Assembly: GCA_963712745.1 (NCBI GenBank)
Contig: CAVQJC010000017.1
Span: 192,001-256,000, forward strand
DNA: 64,000 bases
Direction of reading: 5' to 3'
Origin: an uncultured Chloroflexia bacterium
GTDB taxonomy: Bacteria; Chloroflexota; Limnocylindria; Limnocylindrales; CSP1-4
The notes beneath the pieces were generated by a model that was given only the letters and a program-made list of their open reading frames with translations, had not been told where the DNA came from and did no database searches. Positions within the stretch are counted from its first letter, which is position 1, and each line of letters opens with the position of its first letter. Both the position numbers and the translations under genes were made by a program. Positions 33,401-42,931 of the stretch are shown piece after piece.

Positions 33401-34558
33401 GTGAACGAGCCTCCCAGCCGCTTCGACCGTGTCAGCGGACTGCGGGACGTCCTGACCGCCACCGGCGCCGGCATCTACCTGGCTACCCACCAGGCCGGTC
33501 CTATCCCGGTCGAGACGCAGGCCGCTGTCCACGAGTCCGACGAGATGGAGCTGCGCGTCGGCCGAGCTGGCCGCGACCGAGCCGACGACCTCGACCAGCG
33601 CGAACGAGAGGCCAGGGCAGTGGTCGCGGCCGTGCTCAAGGCTGTGCCGGAGCGGATCGTGCTGACCCACGGTGCGGCCGATGCGGCGCGGATGATCGCC
33701 CTGGAGGTTCTCGAAGGCGGCGAGGCGCCGCAGCGTGTGCTGTTCCTGCCGGGAGTGGACAGGGCCATGGCCGCTGCCGTTCGCGACGTGGCCGAAGTCG
33801 CCGGGGCGGAGGTGGAGGTGGCCTCGGATGTGCCGCGCATCATCGCGGCCGACGTGGCGCTGGTGGTGCTGGCCCATGTCGATGCCGACGGCCGACTGAC
33901 CGATCCGGCGCCGGTGGCCGAGGCCGCGCACAAGGCCGGCGCCCGCGTGCTCCTCGATGTCGGCCTCAGCGCCGGCGCGTGGCCTACCGACGTGGCCGTG
34001 ATGGGGGCCGATTTCGTGGTCGCGGAGGTGCACCGCTGGCTGCTCGGTCCCGAAGCGGTCGCGTGCGCCTGGATCACCCCCGATCTCGATCCCGAACTGC
34101 CGGAGTGGCTGCGCCAGGCCTCCGCCGGGTTCGGCCGGGGTGCGCTGCTGAGCCTGGCACGGAGCGTCGGCTGGCTGCTGATGTACGTGGAGTTGCCCTG
34201 GGCCATCGATCGCACCGTCGCACTCGCCGACGGCCTGTACGCGGATCTCGCGGCCATCGACGGGGTCGAGCTGCTGGCTGACCCGGGGGCACACGGGCCG
34301 GTGGCCACCTTCCGCATCAGCGGCTGGGACGCCGAGGGCGCCGTCGACGAGCTCTCACGTAGCATCTTCGCCATCGTCGAGGCCGATGCTGAGGCGGATG
34401 TCATCCGCGCCAGCGTGGGTGCCTGGAACCGGGAGAAGGAGCTGGTGCGCTTCACCGAGCGAGTCGCCGAGCTGGCCGCCCATACGCCCGAGTCGCTGCC
34501 CAGGCGGCCGTCACTGACGATCCTCAGCGGGCCGCTCGATCCCGAGGAGGATGCGTGA
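33401..34558 (+). CDS. Aminotransferase class V-fold protein lacking the PLP lysine
   Basis: IYLATHQAGP, ERIVLTHGA, VLLDVG, GADFVVAEVHRWLLGP, IRASVGAWN align with the SufS/isopenicillin-epimerase fold. Confidence 0.75.
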   Translation: MNEPPSRFDRVSGLRDVLTATGAGIYLATHQAGPIPVETQAAVHESDEMELRVGRAGRDRADDLDQREREARAVVAAVLKAVPERIVLTHGAADAARMIALEVLEGGEAPQRVLFLPGVDRAMAAAVRDVAEVAGAEVEVASDVPRIIAADVALVVLAHVDADGRLTDPAPVAEAAHKAGARVLLDVGLSAGAWPTDVAVMGADFVVAEVHRWLLGPEAVACAWITPDLDPELPEWLRQASAGFGRGALLSLARSVGWLLMYVELPWAIDRTVALADGLYADLAAIDGVELLADPGAHGPVATFRISGWDAEGAVDELSRSIFAIVEADAEADVIRASVGAWNREKELVRFTERVAELAAHTPESLPRRPSLTILSGPLDPEEDA

Positions 34559-34974
34559 CCGACGAGGACGGCTCCGCCCCGGAGTCCACTCCCCAGCGCG
34601 AGGTCCGTCACCGCCCGGAGTGGGAGATCCGCTGGCGCCAGGCGCGCAATGCCCCGCCCCCGGTGGTGCGTGCGGTGCTGGCCAACGTGGCAGTGGCTAC
34701 CGTCGGTGGCATCGTCCTGCTGCTGACCGACTGGCTGGCCAGCCAGGGGGTGCTGCCGGCCTTCCTGCTCGACCTGGGGCCACTCATCTACGTGGCCGTG
34801 GTCATCGTCAGCGGAAGCGTCTTCACCTACCTCTGGGTCGAGCTGCCCACCGGCGTCCCCGGCGAGAAGCGCAGCTCCCCCTGGGCTGCCGTGCTCGGCT
34901 TCTTCGCCAGCATCCCCATCGTCTACCTCGCGCTGGTGATCATCTTCGAGGTCCTGCGCCCGCTCTTGCCGTAG
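34555..34974 (+). CDS. Hypothetical membrane protein (about 3 TM helices)
   Basis: Hydrophobic segments; GTGA overlap with the upstream gene, GAGGAGG Shine-Dalgarno. Confidence 0.7.
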   Translation: MTDEDGSAPESTPQREVRHRPEWEIRWRQARNAPPPVVRAVLANVAVATVGGIVLLLTDWLASQGVLPAFLLDLGPLIYVAVVIVSGSVFTYLWVELPTGVPGEKRSSPWAAVLGFFASIPIVYLALVIIFEVLRPLLP

Positions 34975-35017
34975 TGCCTGCTAGCATCGACGTGTCGCGC
35001 GACGGCGCCACTCCGAT

Positions 35018-35093
35018 GGGGGAGTAGCTCAACGGTTAGAGCGGTCGGCTTATATCCGACTGGTTCCAGGTTCGAATCCAGGCTCCCCTACCA
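35018..35093 (+). tRNA. tRNA-Ile, anticodon TAT (UAU)
   Basis: Cloverleaf: acceptor GGGGGAG/CTCCCCT + A + CCA; D stem GCTC/GAGC; anticodon stem GTCGG/CCGAC with loop CT-TAT-AT; T loop TTCGAAT (one A-A mismatch in the T stem); extended -10 TGCTAGCAT at 34979-34987. Confidence 0.9.
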
Positions 35094-35200
35094 ACCCCCA
35101 GCACTCTGGGCGCCTGGCGCAGGACTCGCGTCACGGACACACGAAGGCCGCGCGGCCGACCCTTTCGAGTCTGCACGCGCGGCCCGTGCTGCAAGCGCCA

Positions 35201-35224
35201 GTCAGCTACCGATCGGTAGCTGAC
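35201..35224. terminator. Perfect 24-bp palindrome, probable terminator between the tRNA and the convergent sugar operon
   Basis: GTCAGCTACCGA|TCGGTAGCTGAC. Confidence 0.65.
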
Positions 35225-35246
35225 AGCACCCGCTTGAGGGTCCGAG

Positions 35247-36251
35247 TTATGCGGCGCAGTTCGGGCTGCTGCCGGGCTCGTCGACCGGAGCGAACTGGTA
35301 GTAGTCGCACGCGTTGTCCGGGGTGAGCAGCACCATGTCGATGTACTGCTTCTCGGGGAGGTCGGTGCTGCCGCGTCTTGATGTAGGCGTCCGCCTGCTC
35401 GGCCGACTGGAGATCGCCATCTCGGCGACCGGCTGCAGCGAGGTGGCCTTCAGCTCACCGGCGTTGATGGACATGATGGCGTCATCGCTGCCGTCGAAGC
35501 CGACCACGATGATGTCATCCATGCCGGCAGCCATGACCGCGGCCTGGGCGCCGAGTGCCATGGTGTCGTTGCCGGCGATGATGCCCTTGACGTCGGGGTA
35601 CTGCTGGAGCAGCTGCTCGGTGACCTGGAAGCCCTCGTCCTGGCTCCAGTTGGCGGTCTGCTGGGCGACCATCTCCAGGCTCGGGGATCTCGTCGAGGAC
35701 GTCGTGGTAGCCCTGGCTGCGGACGCTGCGCGTTGGTGTCCGTGTCGCGACCGGTCAGCTCGATGTAGGTGCCCTCTTCGCCCATCAGCTCGGCCGCAGT
35801 ACTCGGCGAGGATGGTGGCGCCCTGGTAGTTGTTGGAGACGATCTGGGCCACGGCCACGCCGTCCTGCGTGATCTCGCGGTCGACGAGGAAGCTGCGGAC
35901 GCCCGCGTCGGCGGCCAAGCTGGACCGCAGCCACGCTGGCGTCAGCGCCTGCGTTGTCGAGGATGATGGCGAGGGCGCCCTGCGCGACGCAGGTCTCGAA
36001 GAGCTCGGCCTGCAGCGACGGCGTCGTCGTTGTGGACGAGGCGGTCTGGTGCGTGTAGCCCAGTTCCTCGGCCTTGTCCGCAGCGATCTGCTGCATGGCG
36101 CCGAAGAAGGGGTTCTCCACGCCCGGCACGATGACGCAGATCAGGCCGCCCTCGGCCATCTCGTCGTCCTGCCCGAGGCGACCATGCCGGTCGAGGCCGT
36201 GAGCGCCAGGGCAGCGCTGAGCGCCAGCGCGGTGTGCGTCTTGTTGAACAT
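35247..36251 (-). CDS. RbsB-type sugar ABC substrate-binding protein, apiose-like (several frameshifts)
   Basis: Fragments: MFNKTH signal peptide, ENPFF, IILDNAGADAS, FLVDREI, SNNYQG, QTANW, GNDTMALGA, VGFDGS. Confidence 0.75.
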
Positions 36252-36268
36252 CCGTTCCTCCATTCTTC

Positions 36269-37456
36269 TCACTTCGTGGGCCGGCCCATCCGGCCCACTC
36301 CGTTCACTCCTCGGGTGTGTTCAGCGTCGTCCCTGTCGCTCCTCCTTTCAGGTGCTGCCGCTGTCGGCGTGTCGGAGTCGTCTGCGTGGATGACCTGGGC
36401 GGCCTGCTGCTGCAGGGCCAGCCGCCGCTCGGCGCGCTGCTGGAGCTGGTCGATGATCAGGGCCAGCACGATGACGGTGCCGGTGATGATCAGCTCCGGA
36501 ACGACGGAGATGCCCATCAGCGTCAGGCCGTTGTTGAGCGTGCCGATGACGAACGCGCCGATGATCGTGCCGAGGATGGTTCCGCGGCCGCCGGCGAGCG
36601 AGGTGCCGCCAAGCACGACCGCGGCGATGGCGTAGAGCTCGTAGTACAGGCCGATGGCGGGGTGTGCCGCCACGAGCTGGCTGGCGATGATGAGGCCGAC
36701 CGTGGCGGCGCAGAAGGCACTGATCATGTAGACGATCATCTTGGTGCGGTTGACGCGCACGCCCGAGAGTTCCGCGGAGCGCTCGTTGCCACCGACCGCG
36801 TAGACGGCCCGCCCGAACGGGCGTCCGCGTGGTCACGAACCAGGCCACCACCGCGAAGAGCACGAGGATGACGATGGCCCAGGGGACGACCCCGAAGGCC
36901 TCGCCGGTGCCCAGCTCGCGGAAACCGGTGTTGCCCAGCTCCTCCTTGCCGACGAGGTTGGGATAGGTCCCACCGTTGTTGATGATCCCGGCCAGGCCAC
37001 GGGCGACCATGAGCATGCCCAACGTGGCGATGAACGGGGCCACGTTGAAGCGGGTGATGATGAAGCCGCTGACGGCGCCCATGAAGGTGCCCGCCGCCAA
37101 GCGAGATGACCAGCACCATCCAGGTGTGCGGGAAGATGACCCAGTCGGCGACCTGTCAGGCCTTCGTGGATGAGCAGGCCGGCGACGATGCCGGTGAAAC
37201 CGACGATCGAGCCGACCGAGAGGTCGATGCCGCCGGTCAGGATGACGAAGGTCATGCCGATGGCGAGGATGCCGTTGAGCGCCGTCTGCTTGATGAGGAT
37301 CTCGATGTTGGCGCCAGTGAGGAAGGCACTCTCCACCCAGGCGAAGAACAGCACCAGCACGATGAGCGCGATGAAGGCGCGACCGCGGAGCAGGAACTGG
37401 GCGACCTCGGTCCGGGTCATGCCGCGCGTCTTGTCGGCCTGCGCATTCGCCGTCAC
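36269..37456 (-). CDS. Sugar ABC permease (frameshifted)
   Basis: GGIDLSVGS, APFIATLG, YELYAIAAVVLGGTS spread over three ORF fragments. Confidence 0.8.
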
Positions 37457-37491
37457 TGGATCACCTCGACGGTCCCACTTTCATTGCCTAC

Positions 37492-39059
37492 TCAGCTGTC
37501 GACCGCCGGTCCGTGACCGATGGCCGACGCGTCGACCAGCTCCTTCTCGGTCGCCCGGTCGCCCTCGAACTCGGCCACGACCTCGCCCTTGCTGAGCACG
37601 AGGATGCGGTCGGACATGGCCATGACCTCCTTGAGCTCCGAGGAGACGAAGACGATGCCGAAGCCCTCGCTGGCGAGGCGGCTCATGATCTGGAAGATCT
37701 CGGACTTGGCGCCCACGTCGATGCCACGCGTGGGCTCGTCGAGCAGCAGCACCCTGGGCTCGGTCATCAGGCCCTTGGCCACGACGACCTTCTGCTGGTT
37801 GCCGCCGCTGAGCGAGTCGATGCTGTTGCGCGGGATCGGCCACGCGGACCGAGAGGTCGTCGATCATCTGGTCGACCGCGGCACGTTCCTTGCGCAGCGG
37901 ACAGGTAGAACCGGTTGAGGTAGCGCTTCAGCGAGGCCAGGACCATGTTGTGGGCCACCGACAGCGTCGGCACCAGGCCCACCGTCTTGCGGTCCTCGGG
38001 CACGAGCACGACGCCGGCGTCGATGCGGTCGGCCACCGATGCATGCGGCGAGTCCCTGCCCTCGAGGCAGGACCTCGCCGCTGGCCTCGGGTCGGATGCC
38101 GGCGAGCACCTCCATGAGCTCGGTGCGACCGGCGCCCATGAGCCCGTACAGGCCGAGGATCTCGCCGGCGTGGACCTCGAGCGAGACGTGGTCGAGCAGG
38201 TAGCCGCCGCCGAGCCGCGGCAGCGTCACGTCCTTGACCTCGAGCAGCGTCTCGCCGACGTCGTGCTCGGTGCGGCGAGAACAGCGAGGCCGGCGAGCGG
38301 CCGACCATCTGCTCGATGATCCAGGCCACGTCCACGTCGGCGGTCTCCGCGTGGGCCACGATCGCTGCCGTCGCGCAGGACCGTGATGCGGTCGCCGACC
38401 TGCAGCAGCTCCTCGAGCTTGTGGCTGATGTAGACGATGGCCACGCCACGCGCCTTGAGGTCGGCGATGATGCGGAAGAGGCCCTCGACCTCGGCCTGGC
38501 TAAGCGCGGAGGTGGGCTCATCCATGATCAGCACGCGCACGTCGTGCGTGAGCGCCTTGGCGATCTCGACGATCTGCTGCTGGCCGATGCGCAGGTTGCC
38601 GACCAGCTCATCGGGGTCGATGTCCTGGCCCAGCCGCTCGAAGAGCTCGAGCGCCAGCTTCCGCTGCGCTGCGCGGTCGATGGCCGGGCCGCGGGTGATC
38701 TCCTGGGCCAGGAAGAGGTTGTCCAGCACCGTCAGGTTGGTGCACAGGTTGAGCTCCTGGAAGATGATGCCGACGCCGTGCTGGGCCGCGTCGGTGACGC
38801 GTGGGCAGGACCACCGGCTCGCCGTCGATCGAGGATGCGACCGTCGGTCGGCTGCTCGACGCCCGCGAGGACCTTCATCAGCGTCGACTTGCCGGCGCCG
38901 TTCTCGCCCACGAGCACATTGACCTCGGCCTTCGAAGACGTCGAAGGTGACGTCGTCGAGCGCGGTCGTGCCCGGGAAGACCTTGGTGATGTGCTCGGCG
39001 CGCATGGGTACGCGCAGCGACATCGGCTGCGGTGTGGCAACCGGCGCAGCCATCGTCAT
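37492..39059 (-). CDS. Sugar ABC ATP-binding protein, two NBDs (frameshifted)
   Basis: [47 protein letters not shown] across fragments. Confidence 0.85.
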
Positions 39060-39749
39060 CGCTCGATGACCTCGATGGGCACGAGCTCGATCTGGCTGAC
39101 GTCGATGGTCGGCTGGTTGAAGGTGCGCAGCGTGAAGGCGCCGGTGAAGTCGATGGTCTTGCCCTGCAGGTTCTCCTTGTCGAGGTCCTCGAGGTCGGCC
39201 ACGACCTTCTTGTTGATCTCCTTGGCGACCTTGCCGTACTCGGTCTGATCGCTGAAGTCGTTGAACTCGATGAAGCCGGTGGCATCGCGGACCGAGGTTT
39301 CGTCACTGGGGATGCGCGTGCCGATCCAGGCGCGGAGTCTGATGGGTCCGTCGTAGCCGTCGAGGTCGATGCCGATGCTGCCCTTGCTGCTCTCGATGTC
39401 GACGTCGGTGACGCGTGCCGCTACCGGTGACGCGGTAGACGTGTGCGTCGCCGGTGGTGATGCGTCCGAGCTCCTCGGCGACGGGCTTCAACTCCTCGGT
39501 GGCGATCATGCCGTCGGGCCCCGGCTCGATCTCGTTGAGCACGTCGGCGAGCGGCACGGCGTTGTCACGGATGGCGGTCTTCACCGTCTCCCAGTTGTCC
39601 TCGACGTAGACGACCGGGTCGAACTCGACGGTGAGCGCCGCCTCCTCTTCGGTGGAGACGACGGTGAAGCCGAACAGCAGCGCCACCACCGCGAAGACCG
39701 CCACGGCCACGATGCCGACGGCCATGCCCGGACTGACTCTCTCCCTCAT
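39056..39749 (-). CDS. DUF2291-like membrane-anchored periplasmic protein (frameshifted)
   Basis: N-terminal anchor, [11 protein letters not shown]; C-terminal frame reads [18 protein letters not shown]...IDFTGAFT; sits directly before the ABC ATPase. Confidence 0.7.
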
Positions 39750-40756
39750 GCCACCTCTACTCCCATGGGTTCGTTGCTCGTGCTGCCGTGATCCGATGCA
39801 GAGTCCGTCGCCAGCAGGCGCTCCGCGGTGTAGGTGTCGGTGATGAGGCAGTTGATCCAGCCGCCAACGATGGCCGCACGGATGGCCTCGGTCTTGCCAG
39901 GCCCGCCGGCCACGGCGATGGCGCGAGGCACGCGGCGCAATTGCTCGAGCTCGATGCCGATGACGCGGCCGTCCAGCGGCGTGTCCACCGGCCGGCCGTC
40001 CGCGCACAGGTAGCGCAGGCCGATATCGCCCACGGCCCCGGCCTCGCGGACCGTGCGTAGCTCCTCGGAGGAGAAGACGTTGCCGGAGCTGGCCAGCAGG
40101 CCGGATGTCTCCTGGCCGCCGATGCCGACCAGGGCCACGTCGAGCTCGTCGAAGAGCGCCATGGCGCGGGCCACGTACGGGTCTTGCACCAGCACCTCTC
40201 GGGCACCGGCCGAGCCGACGCTGCTGGGCGCCGGCAGGAACGTGCCCTCGCCGTGGAGCAGGTTGGCCATGCGCCGCACGAGGTGGGTCGCGTGGCCTTC
40301 CGCGGCCGGGTCGCCGCCCCCGCCGAGGATCTGCACCACGCGCACGTCCTTGACGCCACTGACCGGGTGCATGGCGTCGACCATGGCCAGCAGCGTGGCG
40401 CTCCACGAGCTGACGCCGATGACGTCGCCGGAGCGCACGGTGGATTCCACGTGGAAGGCCGCTGCGGCCCCGAGTTCGCGCACCGCAGCAGCGTCGTCGT
40501 CGCGGGAGATGTCGACGATCTCGGCCTCGGCCAGGCCGAAGCGGGCTTCGAGGGCTTCCTCGAGCTCAGGGTTGGTGCCGCTGGGCGCGCGAACGCTGAT
40601 GCGTACGATGTCCTCGTCCTGGGCCCCCTTGAGCAGTCGCGAGACCTTGGGCTGAGACAGGCGCAATCGAGACGCGATCTCGGGCTGCTTCAGGCCCACC
40701 TCGTAGTAGAGCCGTGCGACGCGGGTCATCAGGCGAAGTTCGTCGGCCCGTGCCAT
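39746..40756 (-). CDS. SorC/DeoR-type sugar-binding transcriptional regulator
   Basis: VARLYY...Q.EIA.RL.LSQPKVSRLL, IGVSSWS, ALVGIG, AVGDI, LITD. Confidence 0.92.
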   Translation of the reverse strand: MARADELRLMTRVARLYYEVGLKQPEIASRLRLSQPKVSRLLKGAQDEDIVRISVRAPSGTNPELEEALEARFGLAEAEIVDISRDDDAAAVRELGAAAAFHVESTVRSGDVIGVSSWSATLLAMVDAMHPVSGVKDVRVVQILGGGGDPAAEGHATHLVRRMANLLHGEGTFLPAPSSVGSAGAREVLVQDPYVARAMALFDELDVALVGIGGQETSGLLASSGNVFSSEELRTVREAGAVGDIGLRYLCADGRPVDTPLDGRVIGIELEQLRRVPRAIAVAGGPGKTEAIRAAIVGGWINCLITDTYTAERLLATDSASDHGSTSNEPMGVEVA

Positions 40757-40757
40757 G

Positions 40758-41705
40758 TCAGTTTGCGACGACCTCCCGTGCGCCGGCAGCGATGCCCTCC
40801 GGGTCCAAGCCGTAGCGGTCCAGGAGGAACGTCGGCGAGCCCGTGGGACAGAAGCCGGGGAAGCCCAGCAGGCGCATGGGCACAGGTCGTTCGCTGACCA
40901 CGACCTCGGCCACGGCGCCACCGAGCCCACCGCGAACGATGGCCTCCTCGGCCGTGACGATGCCCTTGGTCTCGCTCGCCGCGGCGACGATGGCCGCGCG
41001 GTCGATGGGGGAGACGGTGGCCATGTTGATGACGCGTGCCTCGATGCCACTGGCCGCGAGGATGTCGGCCGCGGCCAGGGCGCGCGTGACCAGGACACCG
41101 TTGCTGATGATGGTGACGTCGTCGCCATCGCGTAACTGGATGGCCTTGCCGATCTCGAACTGGTAGCCGTCGGGATGGACGACCGGCACGCCGATGCGAC
41201 TGGTGCGGATGAAGACCGGGCCCTCGTACTCGTACGCGGCACGGACGGCCTGCGCGGTCTCGACCGGGTCGGCTGGCACGATGACGACGAGCCGGTCGAT
41301 GGCCCGCGTCCAGGCGATGTCCTCGATGGAGTGGTGGGTGGGCCCGAGCTCACCATAGGCCACGCCGCTGCTGACACCCACGAGCTTGACATTGGCACCG
41401 CTGTAGGCCGCGTCGACCTTGATCTGCTCGAGCGCGCGTGCGGTCAGGAATGGGCTGGCGCCCGCAACGAACGGGATCTTGCCGCCGTTGGCCAGGCCTG
41501 CTCCGATGCCCACCATGTCCTGTTCGGCGATACCGACATTGACGACACGCTCAGGCATGACCGCCGCGAGTTTGGAGATCTTGGTCGAACCGACAGAGTC
41601 GTTGACCACGGCCAGGATCCGCTGGTCCGCCCCCGCGAGCTCGATGAGCGTGTCGACGAAGGCGTCACGACAGTCGTAGAGCTGGACTGGAGCTTCGGCA
41701 GTCAC
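40758..41705 (-). CDS. Transketolase C-terminal subunit (apulose-4-phosphate transketolase B-like)
   Basis: DCRDAF, NVGIAEQ, RALEQIK, LGPTHHSIED, GGLGGAVAE. Confidence 0.88.
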   Translation of the reverse strand: MTAEAPVQLYDCRDAFVDTLIELAGADQRILAVVNDSVGSTKISKLAAVMPERVVNVGIAEQDMVGIGAGLANGGKIPFVAGASPFLTARALEQIKVDAAYSGANVKLVGVSSGVAYGELGPTHHSIEDIAWTRAIDRLVVIVPADPVETAQAVRAAYEYEGPVFIRTSRIGVPVVHPDGYQFEIGKAIQLRDGDDVTIISNGVLVTRALAAADILAASGIEARVINMATVSPIDRAAIVAAASETKGIVTAEEAIVRGGLGGAVAEVVVSERPVPMRLLGFPGFCPTGSPTFLLDRYGLDPEGIAAGAREVVAN

Positions 41706-42534
41706 GCCCGACTCCCTTCCAGCTCGGCCACAGCCTGGGCGTACTCCTCGTCGGTGGGCACGCGGTGGTGCCACTCCTTGCGATCCTCGATGAAGGAGAC
41801 GCCTTTGCCCTTGGTGGTGTTGGCGATGAGGCAGTTGGGCTGGCCGGGTGCGAAGGGGAGGGCGGCGAAGGCCTCGAGCAGGGCGGCGTGATCGTGGCCG
41901 TCGACCTCGCGGACGGCCCAGCCGAAGGCCTCGAACTTGTCGGGCAGCGGGTCGAGGCCCATGGTCAGCTCGGTGCGGTCACCCTGCTGTAGGCGATTGC
42001 GGTCGACGATGCAGACGAGCTTGTCCAGCCCAAAGTGGCCGGCCGACATGGCCGCTTCCCACATCGACCCTTCCTGCAGCTCGCCGTCGCCGGTGAGCAC
42101 GAACGTGCGCCGCGAGGCGTCGTCCATCTGGCCCGAGAGTGCGATGCCGACGGCCACCGGGAAGCCGTGGCCCAGCGGCCCGGTGTTGGTCTCGACGCCG
42201 GGCACCTTGTTGCGGTCGGGGTGACCGTTGAGGCGAGAGAGCGGCGCGAGGAAGGTGTCCAGCTCGGCGACGTCGAAGTAGCCGGCCATGGCCAGCGTGG
42301 TGTACAGCGCCGCGGCCGAGTGACCCTTGCTGAGCACGAAGCGGTCGCGCTCGGGATCGTCTGGGGTTCTGCGGGTCGTAGCGGAGCACGCCGCCGAAGA
42401 AGAGCGTGACCAGGATGTCCGATGGCCGAGAACTCGCCGCCGATGTGACCGAGCCCCGCGGAGTGGACCATCTTGATGTCGCGCAGGCGCACGTCGATGG
42501 CGCGCTGCCGGAGTGTCGCCGTGATGTCAGCCAT
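41702..42534 (-). CDS. Transketolase N-terminal subunit (apulose-4-phosphate transketolase A-like; frameshifts near 42360-42420)
   Basis: GHIGGEFS, LSKGH, NTGPLGHG, TPP motif GDGELQEGSMWE, KGKGVSF, WHH. Confidence 0.88.
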
Positions 42535-42640
42535 GATCGTCGCTTCTGATGCTTCCTAGCTGCGGTGCTGGTCTGCCGAGGCATCGACCTCCTCTGCTCG
42601 CGCCCGGGTGGCTGCTTGCCGGGGCCCGATGTCGATGCCA

Positions 42641-42704
42641 TGAATGGCTATGCATCTGTGTATGAACCAGCGACAGCATAGGAATGCAGTAGTGAATATG
42701 TCAA
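42641..42704 (-). promoter_or_regulatory. Promoter of the transketolase operon with candidate SorC operators
   Basis: Minus strand TTGACA-18 nt-TATGCT; TGCA-N6-TTCA (42641-42654) and TGCA-N6-TGCT (42675-42688); locally AT-rich. Confidence 0.6.
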
Positions 42705-42931
42705 TGGTGACCCGCCGACTACGCGTTCCCGCGACGATGGTCACAACGGTGTCTTCATCGAGGAGGGCGCGGAGGTCATCATCAACGGGCGCGATGCCGC
42801 CAAGCTCGACGCCGCGCGCGAGAGGTGTCGTGATCCAGCACATGACCAACCCTGCTCAGAATGGGACGGCCCAGTGCAGCGATGGCGGCGCTGTTCGTTC
42901 GATCATCTGAGCGGATGGCCCGGGCGCGGAC

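Noticed and set aside
31558-33474. Long antisense and alternative-frame ORFs (this 638-aa ORF, 55852-57480, 1358-2746 and others)
   Set aside because: Shadow ORFs expected from high-GC codon bias opposite well-supported genes; no recognisable motifs
35195-35230. GTCAGCTA as part of a c-di-AMP (ydaO) riboswitch
   Set aside because: Other conserved elements are missing and it lies between convergent 3' ends; it is a simple palindrome
35247-39749. Programmed frameshifting or recoding in the ABC genes
   Set aside because: Indels are numerous, scattered, often compensating and lack slippery sites; consensus error is the simpler explanation
42556-42910. Small ORFs between the transketolase and DUF4038 genes
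   Set aside because: They overlap the AT-rich promoter/operator and show no motif; the 42700-42910 part could be a gene remnant but I cannot support it
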